IMG/VR virus record: IMGVR_UViG_3300022936_000022 | Coordinates: 1-34,519 of that record | Direction: 5' to 3' (one strand) | From: a virus | Taxonomy: Duplodnaviria > Caudoviricetes | Length of the DNA: 34,519 nt | In this document: piece by piece, positions 17,742-26,532 of the stretch | How the letters are laid out: each line of letters starts with the position of its first letter | Position numbering within the stretch: the stretch's first letter is position 1 | Notes under the pieces: generated by a model | The model's database searches: none | Told to the model about the DNA's origin: nothing | The model's input: only the letters and a program-made list of their open reading frames with translations | Position numbers and translations under genes: made by a program

Positions 17742-18998
17742 TTGGCTATCGACGCTAGCATTTACGGAGCAATCCAAACCCCGCAAGCGGTCAACCCGCT
17801 GGCGCAGTACGGCCAAGCCATCCAGTTGCAAAACGGTATGCAGACTGGGCAATTGAACGCGCTCAAGTTGCAAGAAGCGCAGAGCGAGAGCCAGCAGAAC
17901 GCGCTATTGCGTGACGCTGTGAGCGGATTTGGCAACGACACGGCAGCGAACTATCAGCGCATCCTTGGTACGGGCAACCTCAACGCAGCGCAAGGCTACA
18001 AGAAGTCTCTTGCTGAGCAGGAGAAGGCCGCTGCTGACGCGCAGAAATCGAAGCTGGAGAACGCTGTCAAGACGATTGAAGTCGTCGGGCAGGGGCTCGG
18101 CTGGCTGCGCAACAACCCGAGTTTGGAGAACGCCCAACGCACGATCCAAGGCTTTGTGCAGTCCGGAATCATGCCCGAGGACGTTGCCCAACAGCGCCTT
18201 GCAGACTTCCAGCGCGATCCATCGCCAGAAGGCATCGCACGGCTAGCTACGGCAGGCTTCCAAGCTGCCTTGTCTGCCAAGGATCAACTTCCCAAGAACG
18301 AAACGCAGAACCTCGGCGGAACCAGCCGCATCAGTTCGATTGACCCGGTGACGGGACAACGCCGAACGATTGACGAAGCCGCGATCACGCAAACGCAAGA
18401 CAACATTGCCAATAATGCGCGTGCCGCTGCGGAAGGTGCGGCTAACCGTGGCGTGCAGATTCGCGGCCAGAACATGACAGACGCCAGAACCCGCGAGTTC
18501 AACGCGACCAAGGTCGAGGAAAACAACATCAAGCGCGACGAGAAGAAGGCAACCACCGACCTGACAAAGAACAGTCAGGTTGCCAGCTTTGACACGATGC
18601 TGGGCACTTTGGGGCGCTTGTCGCAACACCCCGGATTGTCTAGGTCTGTCGGCATCATTGGCGCACTCCCGACGATTCCAGGGTCTGAGTCCGCCAACTT
18701 CAAGGCCGAACTTGAAACGTTCCAGTCTCAAGCGTTTATTCCGATGGTTGCCCAACTTAAGGGCATGGGAGCACTGTCTGACGCGGAAGGGCGTAAGTTG
18801 ACTGCGGCTGTAGGCGCTCTCAATCCCAACATGGGCGAAAAGGCTTTCCGCGAGTCTGTAGAGCGCATTACGCAGGACATGCAAGCAGCACGCCAGCGGG
18901 TGGCCGGAGGGGAAGGCGGCGCTACCGGATCGTTCTCGCCTACCCCCAAAGCGGCCACTACTAGCCTGCCGTCTGGCTGGAAAGTGCAGGCCCGCTAA
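17742..18998 (+). CDS. DNA ejection/transfer protein (gp20-like position)
   Basis: GGAGG RBS with TTG start; Q/A-rich helical protein, RGQNMTD motif, KGMGALSDAEG..L motif. Confidence 0.8.
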   Translation: MAIDASIYGAIQTPQAVNPLAQYGQAIQLQNGMQTGQLNALKLQEAQSESQQNALLRDAVSGFGNDTAANYQRILGTGNLNAAQGYKKSLAEQEKAAADAQKSKLENAVKTIEVVGQGLGWLRNNPSLENAQRTIQGFVQSGIMPEDVAQQRLADFQRDPSPEGIARLATAGFQAALSAKDQLPKNETQNLGGTSRISSIDPVTGQRRTIDEAAITQTQDNIANNARAAAEGAANRGVQIRGQNMTDARTREFNATKVEENNIKRDEKKATTDLTKNSQVASFDTMLGTLGRLSQHPGLSRSVGIIGALPTIPGSESANFKAELETFQSQAFIPMVAQLKGMGALSDAEGRKLTAAVGALNPNMGEKAFRESVERITQDMQAARQRVAGGEGGATGSFSPTPKAATTSLPSGWKVQAR

Positions 18999-20638
18999 TG
19001 GCTAAGTTTGAGTTCACCTCTCCCGAGGGCAAGAGCTACACTGTAGAAGGCCCAGAAGGGGCCACACAGGAGCAGGCATTTCAAATCCTGCAATCTCAAC
19101 TTGGCTCAAATCAGGCAAAGAATGAACCTTCTCGGCTCGATACCGCAATCGGCGCTGCGGGCAACCTTATGGCGGGCGCTGTTCGTGGCGCTGGCTCGAT
19201 TGGTGCCACGCTCATGGCCCCTGTTGACGCGGCTGCTCGGGCTGTGGGTGTGCAGAATGATTTCATCGGTCGTGATGACCGCCGCGCTTCGATGGATTCG
19301 GGCCTGCAAAGCATGGGCGCAGACCCGTCATCGCTTCCGTACCAAGCAGGCAAGATAGGCGCTGAGATTGCGGGGACCGCTGGTGCCGGGGGGGTGATTG
19401 CCAACGTCGCTGGTCGTGCACTTCCCGCTGCTACGCAACTTAACCCATTGCTGCAATCCATCGGCAGTTTCGGCATGAACGCAGGCGGGCGCACTGGAGC
19501 GGCGGGGGCGCTGACTCGCGCAGGCGGCGGCGCTGTCTCTGGCGCGGCGCAGGCGGGGCTAGTCAACCCGGAGGACGCTGGAGTAGGTGCTGCTATCGGC
19601 GGCGCATTCCCGCTGGCCGCTCAGGCTTTGGGCCGCACCGGGCAAGCAGTCGGTAACGTCATGCGCGGACCTCAGCCGACCTCTGAGCTTTTAAATGCCG
19701 CTCAACAGGCGCGTAATGTGGGCTATGTCATGCCGCCCACGCAAGTGCAACCGACCATGACAAACAGGCTGCTAGAAGGCTTTTCTGGGAAACTGACCAC
19801 GGCGCAGAACGCCAGCGCCCGCAACCAGCAAGTCACGAACCGGCTTGCGGCAGAGGCTGTCGGTCTTCCGGGTGACGTGGCGATCACCCCTGAGGCTCTG
19901 AATGCTGTGCGGGAACAAGCCGGATCGGCTTACAAAGCCTTGGCAGAATTGCCCGTCGCGCCGCCTGTTCCTGGCTCGTCTGTGATGAATCGTCCTTCTG
20001 TGGACGGGTTCAACCCGCGCAGCGCCTTGGAAGAACTGCGCCAAGCTCGAAACGACGCTACCCAATGGTTCGCCGCCTATGCGCGTTCGGCAAGCCCCGA
20101 TGACCAAAAGAAGGCCAAAGCTGCGGCAGGCATCGCTACAGCCATTGAATCTCAGTTCGAGAAGTACGCCAAGGAGCAGGGCCGTGCCGATCTTGTCCCG
20201 GCAATGCAAGAAGCGCGCAAACTGATCGCCAAAACTTACACGATTGAAAAGGCGCTGAACCCGACGACAGGCACTGTGGATGCGCGAAAACTCGGGAACA
20301 TGGTGACGAAGGGCAAGCCGCTGACCGACGAGCTTCGCACGGCTGGAGAGTTTGCGAACCGCTTCCCGAAGGCCGCACAGACTGTTGAGCAAATGGGGAG
20401 CCTTCCGCAAACCAGCCCGCTAGATTGGGCCGCAAGTGCAACGATGAGCGGCATTACAGCTAACCCGCTGGCAATGGCTGGCGTGATGGCTCGCCCTGCC
20501 ACACGCGCTGCAATCCTGTCGCCGTACATGCAGAACCGCCTACCTGTTGCCCAGCAAAACCAATTGCTGGACTTCTTGGGCCAAGTGCCTGTAACGGATT
20601 GGGTCAGCCGGTCAGCGCCTGTTATCGGGGCTCAGTGA
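18998..20638 (+). CDS. DNA ejection/transfer protein (gp16-like position)
   Basis: MAKF....P.G..Y.VEGPEGAT N-terminus, Gly/Ala-rich membrane-associating segments; third internal virion gene. Confidence 0.8.
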   Translation: MAKFEFTSPEGKSYTVEGPEGATQEQAFQILQSQLGSNQAKNEPSRLDTAIGAAGNLMAGAVRGAGSIGATLMAPVDAAARAVGVQNDFIGRDDRRASMDSGLQSMGADPSSLPYQAGKIGAEIAGTAGAGGVIANVAGRALPAATQLNPLLQSIGSFGMNAGGRTGAAGALTRAGGGAVSGAAQAGLVNPEDAGVGAAIGGAFPLAAQALGRTGQAVGNVMRGPQPTSELLNAAQQARNVGYVMPPTQVQPTMTNRLLEGFSGKLTTAQNASARNQQVTNRLAAEAVGLPGDVAITPEALNAVREQAGSAYKALAELPVAPPVPGSSVMNRPSVDGFNPRSALEELRQARNDATQWFAAYARSASPDDQKKAKAAAGIATAIESQFEKYAKEQGRADLVPAMQEARKLIAKTYTIEKALNPTTGTVDARKLGNMVTKGKPLTDELRTAGEFANRFPKAAQTVEQMGSLPQTSPLDWAASATMSGITANPLAMAGVMARPATRAAILSPYMQNRLPVAQQNQLLDFLGQVPVTDWVSRSAPVIGAQ

Positions 20639-20717
20639 AGCCGCGATAGACGCCATACACGAATGCCGCCACGCAAACGACGACTAGTTTCAGAATCAAG
20701 AAGTCGGTAAATTCCAT
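20622..20717 (-). CDS. 31-aa single-TM protein on the opposite strand (not in ORF track)
   Basis: MEFTDFLILKLVVVCVAAFVYGVYRGFTEPR*; fills the gap between ejection gene and fibre; TAGAAT 6 nt upstream of ATG. Confidence 0.65.
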   Translation of the reverse strand: MEFTDFLILKLVVVCVAAFVYGVYRGFTEPR

Positions 20718-20743
20718 GCCCAAATTCTAACGAGAAACCCGCC

Positions 20744-22210
20744 ATGCCCTATTTTTTTTCGCCAATCGGCAATGACCAGCAAGTTGACAACAACGGCAAG
20801 CCGCTTGTCGGCGGGAAAATCCTGACCTACGAGGCCGGTACCAGCACGCCCGCAACGACCTACACCAGTAATACAGGGTTTACCCCACATTCCAATCCGA
20901 TCGTTCTGAACGCGCTTGGCTTGCCTGCTAGCCCGATCTGGCTGGAAGGCGGTAAGTCTTACAAATTTGTCATCACGGACTCTGCCAATGTGGTGCAGCG
21001 CACCGTGGATAACGTGGTGGGCGTGAACGACCGGCAAGAAACGCTGACGCAGTGGGTGCCGTCCGGCATGACTCCAACCTACATCACAGCCAATAGCTTT
21101 TCCGTTCCTGGCGATCAAACCGCGATCCTCCAACCAAATCGCCGTCTTGAATGGACGCTGAACAGCGGGACGTTCTACGGTTACATCTTCTCGTCCGTCT
21201 TTGGCTCTGGCGTAACGACTGTCACTGTCGTGCCAGACTCCACGGGCTTGGATGTGACGTTTAGCTCCTTCCGCTACGGCTTCATCAGCGCCACGAATAC
21301 CAGCATTCCGCAACAGTTCATCATCGCCGCCGGGGACAAGTTCCCTTCGAAGTCCGCTCTGAACATCGGGGATTCTGTCAGTACAGACGGCACGGTAGGC
21401 GTATGGGTTCGCCCTTTCACTGCCGTGAATCGCGGCTCCAATACCCAGCTTGTCCGCGCCGACAACAACACCCGCATCCGATTCACGGGAGCATTCACGC
21501 AGACCATCGCAGCAGGCTCTACGCTTGGACCGGGCTGGACGGTGCAGGTCACTGGCTACGATAGTGGATTGGTTGTTCTGGATGCTGACGGTGCAGAAAC
21601 CTTCCTCACCCGCGTCGGAGCCAAGACGACGATCAATGTCTATCCTGGCGAAACCTTCCGCATTGTCTGGAATGGGGCTGCATTCGAGGTTCTAGGTCGT
21701 GCGCAGACCGTAACGCTGCAAGAGCGAATCCTCGCGGCTGTGTCCAACATCCAGCTAAAAGACGGTTGGCTAGACCCCGAGTTCAAAGCGATTCGTTTTG
21801 AATGGACAGACCTTGTAACTTCCGTGGCAAACGCTGGAATTGGTATCAAGGTGTTCAAAGGTGGCGGGGTTATCAACACCAGCACCTATGCCCAAGGTCT
21901 GCAACAGATCAACACCGGAGGCACAACGGCTGCTGGCGGTGGTACTGGTTTGGCTCAGATCAATCCTGTTGCATCGGCCACACACGGGCGCTCGCAAGGG
22001 GTGGTTGTGTTTCCCTTCCCCACATCGGCAAACCCAAACTTCGGCGGAACCATCGACGTAACGCCCGGCAGGCTCGTTACCAGCCCTATGCGTATCCTTG
22101 GTGGGTTCTTTGAGGGAACTGCTGGGGCAGTGGAAGGCATCGATATTAATGATCCTGCATCACTGGCGACTTACAGCGGAGTCATGCGCACGGTAGGCGA
22201 GCGTTTCTGA
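20744..22210 (+). CDS. Tail fibre/spike (receptor-binding protein)
   Basis: N-terminal anchor D.NGKPL.GGKI.TYEAGTSTP..TY...NPIVLN..G...IWL....YKFV..D; last gene before the lysis cassette. Confidence 0.85.
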   Translation: MPYFFSPIGNDQQVDNNGKPLVGGKILTYEAGTSTPATTYTSNTGFTPHSNPIVLNALGLPASPIWLEGGKSYKFVITDSANVVQRTVDNVVGVNDRQETLTQWVPSGMTPTYITANSFSVPGDQTAILQPNRRLEWTLNSGTFYGYIFSSVFGSGVTTVTVVPDSTGLDVTFSSFRYGFISATNTSIPQQFIIAAGDKFPSKSALNIGDSVSTDGTVGVWVRPFTAVNRGSNTQLVRADNNTRIRFTGAFTQTIAAGSTLGPGWTVQVTGYDSGLVVLDADGAETFLTRVGAKTTINVYPGETFRIVWNGAAFEVLGRAQTVTLQERILAAVSNIQLKDGWLDPEFKAIRFEWTDLVTSVANAGIGIKVFKGGGVINTSTYAQGLQQINTGGTTAAGGGTGLAQINPVASATHGRSQGVVVFPFPTSANPNFGGTIDVTPGRLVTSPMRILGGFFEGTAGAVEGIDINDPASLATYSGVMRTVGERF

Positions 22211-22252
22211 CGCAACTAGAATCGACAATAACTTACAACCGAGACAGAACCA

Positions 22253-22555
22253 ATGATCGATTATGACGTACTCGCAGTAAAAATCGCTGGCGTCATTGGC
22301 GCTTTTGTCTCGATGCAGTTCCTGCAAGGCACGTTCTGGACAAAGTTGTTTCTAGCCCTCAGTGGTGCAGCATTTAGTTACTTCGCTGCCCCCTACTTGA
22401 GTGAGAAAATCGGGATGCCGGAAGGTCTTGCTGGTTTTCTGCTCGGTTTGTTCGGTATGGCAATTATCTCTAGGGCGTGGGAGTTCGTACAAACCGCACC
22501 AATCGCCCAAATTTGGGAGCAAGTATTGGCCCGGTTTAAAAAGAAGGACGCTTGA
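22253..22555 (+). CDS. Putative holin
   Basis: Three hydrophobic segments, GFLLGLFGM, basic C-terminus RFKKKDA; lysis cassette position. Confidence 0.8.
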   Translation: MIDYDVLAVKIAGVIGAFVSMQFLQGTFWTKLFLALSGAAFSYFAAPYLSEKIGMPEGLAGFLLGLFGMAIISRAWEFVQTAPIAQIWEQVLARFKKKDA

Positions 22556-22556
22556 T

Positions 22557-22838
22557 ATGACAGGCCCTGCATTTGTTGCAATGTTCGCTTGGGCATGGGT
22601 TGCATGTGTCGCAGCGTTCGCCGTGTTCTGGCCGGGCATTGATGACACCGTAAATGAAAGAGTCGGCCTTTCTGCTGTTGCTGTCGGTTGCTTGGGCGCT
22701 TCTTGCCGTATTTGGTATGTTGGCTCTGTGAGCGATGGCGGGTTTTTTATGTCGCTGGCCTTCGGTTACTATGCGTCGGCTCTCGTCATCAAGCACTGGA
22801 AGACGAGAATCCCTTACCGAATGGAGCGCAAGGCGTGA
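22557..22838 (+). CDS. Second multi-TM lysis protein (holin/antiholin-like)
   Basis: MTGPAFVAMF..., three hydrophobic segments, basic tail; AAGGA RBS. Confidence 0.7.
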   Translation: MTGPAFVAMFAWAWVACVAAFAVFWPGIDDTVNERVGLSAVAVGCLGASCRIWYVGSVSDGGFFMSLAFGYYASALVIKHWKTRIPYRMERKA

Positions 22839-23317
22839 CACTGGACGAAATCACCAAGACCGCCATTGATCCTGCGATGGCTATGCTGCCGACCAGCATG
22901 GATAGCCCCGAGGCTCGATTACTCCTGCTAACCATTGGCCTACAAGAATCTCGATTCGTTCACCGCAAACAGATGGGCGATGGCCCCGCCCGAGGCTTCT
23001 GGCAGTTCGAGCGCGGAGGCGGGGTTAAAGGCGTCCTCAACCACAAATCCTCATCCCTTCTTGCCAAACATATTTGCACCCAGCGCAAGGTTAGCCCGAC
23101 ACAACTAGCCGTGTGGGAGGCGTTAGGTGTCGATGACGTTCTAGCCGCCGCCTTTGCCCGCCTGCTCTTGTTCACAGACCCTTTCAAACTGCCTGCGATT
23201 GGCAACATTGATGGCGCTTGGGATCTATACGCCAAGCGCTGTTGGAGGCCCGGGAAACCTCACCCTCAGACCTGGGCCGGTTACTATCAACAAGCCCGCC
23301 AGTACCTTGGCGTTTAA
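22835..23317 (+). CDS. Putative endolysin (lysozyme-like fold)
   Basis: LL.IGLQESRF..RKQ..GPARGFWQFE (ES catalytic-Glu and G.WQ motifs), WRPGKPH; GTGA coupling, GGAG RBS. Confidence 0.8.
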   Translation: MTLDEITKTAIDPAMAMLPTSMDSPEARLLLLTIGLQESRFVHRKQMGDGPARGFWQFERGGGVKGVLNHKSSSLLAKHICTQRKVSPTQLAVWEALGVDDVLAAAFARLLLFTDPFKLPAIGNIDGAWDLYAKRCWRPGKPHPQTWAGYYQQARQYLGV

Positions 23318-23327
23318 CGGAGACTCC

Positions 23328-23687
23328 ATGAAAATCCTAGCCTCAGCCCTTCTCGCCTTTGCCCTCGTTGGTTGCGCCTCTGCGCCGCAAAACCCTCAGC
23401 AAGCCGTCTACCAATCCAAGAGCGCCTATCAGGTCGCATTGACTGGCGCAGTCACCTATAAACGCCTAGCGCCCTGTAGCGCCATTGTGAAACAACCCTG
23501 CTCCGATGCAAAGGTTGTTGACCAACTGCGCAAGGCAGACAACACAGCCATCGCTGCTCTGGACGCCGCAGAAACCGCCGTCCGTACTCCGGGCTTTGGC
23601 GCTGACATTCAAAAGAGCGCCTTGGTAGCAGCACAAGCCGCCCTGAGCGCATTCACTGCCATCGTGGCTAACCTTGGAGCCAAGTAA
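23328..23687 (+). CDS. Lipoprotein, spanin candidate
   Basis: MKILASALLAFALVG-C lipobox, helical body, hydrophobic C-terminal segment; GGAGA RBS; follows the endolysin. Confidence 0.75.
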   Translation: MKILASALLAFALVGCASAPQNPQQAVYQSKSAYQVALTGAVTYKRLAPCSAIVKQPCSDAKVVDQLRKADNTAIAALDAAETAVRTPGFGADIQKSALVAAQAALSAFTAIVANLGAK

Positions 23688-23893
23688 TGAGTTACACCGC
23701 TATCGCCTATGCCCTGCAATTGCTCAACGCCCTGCCTCAGCTTGTGCAGGCAGGCATCGACATTACAGCAGCCGTCAGTTCTGCAAAGTCAAAGTTGGAA
23801 CTCATGCAGAGCGAAAACCGCAACCCTACCGAGGCCGAATGGCAAGAGTTGAACGACAGCATTTCGGCGCTGCGCAAAGAGCTTCACAGCTAG
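23687..23893 (+). CDS. Small helical protein, last gene of the lysis cassette
   Basis: TAATG coupling; amphipathic N-terminus, RNPT.AEW..L motif. Confidence 0.7.
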   Translation: MSYTAIAYALQLLNALPQLVQAGIDITAAVSSAKSKLELMQSENRNPTEAEWQELNDSISALRKELHS

Positions 23894-23910
23894 TCATCGC
23901 GTTCCTTCCT

Positions 23911-23933
23911 GGTTTGTCGGACAAACCTTATTT
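23911..23933 (+). terminator. Palindrome/terminator at the convergence of late and early-left arms
   Basis: GGTTTGT-CGG-ACAAACC followed by TTATTT. Confidence 0.55.
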
Positions 23934-23959
23934 GCAGACTGTTTCAGAAGCAACGACTC

Positions 23960-24166
23960 TTAGTAAAGAACGCTCTTCGTGATCCGATAAACGCGCATGG
24001 CTCTAATTCCGGAGCCGACACGCAGCACCATGAATATTCGCTGCGTCCTGTTATGGACCCAATCCCTACTCTTGGAAGCCACAAAATCAGGGTCGAAGCA
24101 CCGCAATTGCCTATGAGTGCGAAGCCTGCTACTCCTGCCAACTTCTGCGTGTTTACGCTCTTTCAT
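23960..24166 (-). CDS. Hypothetical basic protein
   Basis: 68 aa; ATGA coupling with the HAD gene stop. Confidence 0.45.
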   Translation of the reverse strand: MKERKHAEVGRSSRLRTHRQLRCFDPDFVASKSRDWVHNRTQRIFMVLRVGSGIRAMRVYRITKSVLY

Positions 24167-24687
24167 CGCGGTCCTTCCTGCCCGGCCTGGGCATCAGATG
24201 TGGGAGTGGTGCGGCGGCAGTCGTACTCGCTGATGTTCAGAATGCTGCAAAGCTTGGTGAACGGAGCCCATGTCAGGCCGTCAAACCCGCTGGTCTGCGC
24301 GAAGAATTCCATCTGCCCGGGCAGCATGTCGCTGTCGTCGTCCACGATGGCGTAGCTTTCCACCTCGGGATGCATGTCGAGCCATGCCTGAATCTCGCGC
24401 CCACGGCGGCAGGTGTCGGTCGGACCCTCGTAATAGCGGCCCGTCCTGTCGATGATGGGCAAACCCAGCGCGGGGCCGATGGCCTCCCAGTCGTCGTGGA
24501 GCCGCCATGTAGACGAAAGAACGATCTTCACGCGCCCATCACGGCAGAGCCCGCGCACCAGCTCCACGGCCTGCATGTCAAACAGTGCAAGCCCCTTTGG
24601 CGTCACATCGTGCGGGATGTTGCCAAGCACGGTTGCGCTCCGGACACTATTGAGCACGCCGTCAATGTCGAGGAATAGGACTTTCAC
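24163..24687 (-). CDS. HAD-superfamily phosphatase, Swiss-Army-Knife RNA-repair type (HAD_SAK-like)
   Basis: FLDIDGVLN, IVLSSTWR, RGREIQAWL, YAIVDDDSDM, GLT motifs. Confidence 0.9.
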   Translation of the reverse strand: MKVLFLDIDGVLNSVRSATVLGNIPHDVTPKGLALFDMQAVELVRGLCRDGRVKIVLSSTWRLHDDWEAIGPALGLPIIDRTGRYYEGPTDTCRRGREIQAWLDMHPEVESYAIVDDDSDMLPGQMEFFAQTSGFDGLTWAPFTKLCSILNISEYDCRRTTPTSDAQAGQEGPR

Positions 24688-25580
24688 GGCTTCACCTCAT
24701 CCCCCGCCACAGGCTGCGCTACAGCGCCTGCGGGAGGGGCGGCGGCGCGGAGCCTTGCTACAAGGTCGTCGCGATGCATGGCTGTTTCCCGGATTTCCTG
24801 CTTTGCCAGCCGCAGAGAGTTTGCGAGAAGCTGAACGCGCGCGCACTCCGGGATGCCTGCACCGCTGCACCCATCGTGGCCCATCTCTTGCAACGGATGC
24901 TGTTCGCAGTACCAAGTGCCGCACGCGGCATCGCTGCTTTCGGGTACGGGCGCTGCCTGAACGACAGGGGCGGCAACTGGATCAGGCTCAACGAACGCCA
25001 GTGCGCCGCAAACGTCCAGCACCATCATCGCCATGTTTGCCACATCGGCGCTGTGCTCCATGATGGCTGGTCCGTCGTTGTTCTTGACGGCTGCGGACAG
25101 CTTGGCAGCGTGCCAGTACACCTCCAGCAGCGCGGTGTTGGGGTGCATGGAGAGCCAGCCGGGGCGGTCACCCTTGCGGCTGTTGGCGTGCAGCTCCTTG
25201 CGCATCAGCGACAGGAACGGCAGCAGAACATCGTCGTACTTGCGTGGCTCGTTCGGCGTTGCCTGAACGACAGGGGCGGCGATTCGCTTGAGCGCTTGAG
25301 CACCACGGGAAATAATTGCCGCCCGGCTCTGCTTCTCTTGGCTCATCTCGCAGTTGCCCTCGTAGTACATATCTGAAGCAAGTTCGTCAAGTTCATCGGC
25401 TAAATCCGGCGCTGCCTTCACGCTGTCCAGGGGGATGGCGGCGAGAAGTGCGCGAGCAAAGCGGAATCGCAGCCCGATACTCGGGTCTTTGCATGCCTCA
25501 GCACGGCACTTCAACCAGATTTCGCTGACACGCTCATCGCTGAGGGCCGCTGCCCCTGTGGGTGTGGTTTCGGTGTTCAT
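24684..25580 (-). CDS. Mosaic early protein containing a MazG-like (all-alpha NTP pyrophosphatase-like) segment
   Basis: Start moved to ATG 25580 (MNTETTPT); M..EL.AN..KG...GW ... KL..AV ... EHSADVANMAMM segment bounded by AAPVVQA linkers. Confidence 0.65.
   Translation of the reverse strand: MNTETTPTGAAALSDERVSEIWLKCRAEACKDPSIGLRFRFARALLAAIPLDSVKAAPDLADELDELASDMYYEGNCEMSQEKQSRAAIISRGAQALKRIAAPVVQATPNEPRKYDDVLLPFLSLMRKELHANSRKGDRPGWLSMHPNTALLEVYWHAAKLSAAVKNNDGPAIMEHSADVANMAMMVLDVCGALAFVEPDPVAAPVVQAAPVPESSDAACGTWYCEQHPLQEMGHDGCSGAGIPECARVQLLANSLRLAKQEIRETAMHRDDLVARLRAAAPPAGAVAQPVAGDEVKP
24954..25280. repeat. 21-bp exact direct repeat flanking the MazG-like segment
   Basis: TGCCTGAACGACAGGGGCGGC at 24954-24974 and 25260-25280, 306 bp apart (in frame). 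Confidence 0.9.
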
Positions 25581-25762
25581 GGGACGACCCTCGCTTGAAT
25601 GCACATCGTGGGCTGAGTGCCGCCGCCCTCGCGCATCACGGCGCGGACACGCTGGCACTCGGTCAGATCCGCGAAGCGCGCCACAGTGACGGCCGGGACG
25701 TTGGCATTGTTGCTGCCGTAGCCCGGCAGGCTGACAAGCAGCCACACAAGAATGGTGTTCAT
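25577..25762 (-). CDS. Small exported/membrane protein
   Basis: Hydrophobic N-terminus, F.....C ... C pair; 4-nt overlaps on both sides. Confidence 0.65.
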   Translation of the reverse strand: MNTILVWLLVSLPGYGSNNANVPAVTVARFADLTECQRVRAVMREGGGTQPTMCIQARVVP

Positions 25763-26532
25763 TCGGACGCCCCTTGATCGGCCTGGGCAGAGGTAGAGCC
25801 ATCTCCCTGGCTAGCGGGAGTGGGTGCCAGAGCAGCGCTGTCGCCCTTGGCAGGCGGGATATTGGCGAGAGCGGCGCGGGCTGCTCTGATAATTTCGGAC
25901 GCTCGGACGTTTCCTTCGTCAATTGAACCAGTTGGGTCAGTGACTCCGTTGGAGAAATCCCCGTGCACTTCGCACATTTCAACTAACTGGGCGAGCGCGT
26001 CAACGTCCAGCACCTTGCGCACATCCCCGCTGGGTGCGGTAGGCGGTGTAGTGGCGAGGCTGGACAGCCACTGAGCGCCACGATTGAACGCGATGCACTC
26101 TTTCGTGCCTTGCCTGTAGCCGTAGTTCGCAAAGCCGTATTCGATTCCCTTGCGAACATCCACGCCACCCACTAAGGGCGCATCCCCGCAGCCAGCCATA
26201 GCAGGCAATGGAGTAGCTGCGAGGGCGCGTCCTTCGAGCATGATCGAGCCTTCACCGGGGTATTCCTCCAGCCAGCAGTAAGTGCCACGCGGAGCGGGTG
26301 CGCCGTCTGCATCTTGGCCTTCATCGCGTAGGGCGATGCACACCTCTTGCTCCATCTGGTCGGCGGTGCGATCCGGCGCGACAAACTCCAGCGCCTCCAG
26401 CAATTGCGAGCCTGACAGCACCATCGGCGGAAGGTCGTATTTCAAGCCGAAGGGGCGGCAGTTTTCCATTGGGTTGCGGGGCACGCTGGGCGCATCCACA
26501 GGAGCGGCTACACGGTTGGTTTCAGTGGTCAT
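25759..26532 (-). CDS. Mosaic hypothetical early protein
   Basis: 257 aa with several domains joined by A/P-rich linkers; coupled to neighbours. Confidence 0.7.
   Translation of the reverse strand: MTTETNRVAAPVDAPSVPRNPMENCRPFGLKYDLPPMVLSGSQLLEALEFVAPDRTADQMEQEVCIALRDEGQDADGAPAPRGTYCWLEEYPGEGSIMLEGRALAATPLPAMAGCGDAPLVGGVDVRKGIEYGFANYGYRQGTKECIAFNRGAQWLSSLATTPPTAPSGDVRKVLDVDALAQLVEMCEVHGDFSNGVTDPTGSIDEGNVRASEIIRAARAALANIPPAKGDSAALAPTPASQGDGSTSAQADQGASE

Noticed and set aside
23894-24160. attP, dif-like or telomere-resolution site at the arm convergence
   Set aside because: Only a 17-bp palindrome; no XerC/D consensus, and no integrase or protelomerase in the window. A terminator is the simpler reading.
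25581-25982. N-terminal extension of ORF 24684..25982
   Set aside because: Overlaps two better-supported genes in other frames; the ATGA-coupled start at 25580 is preferred.
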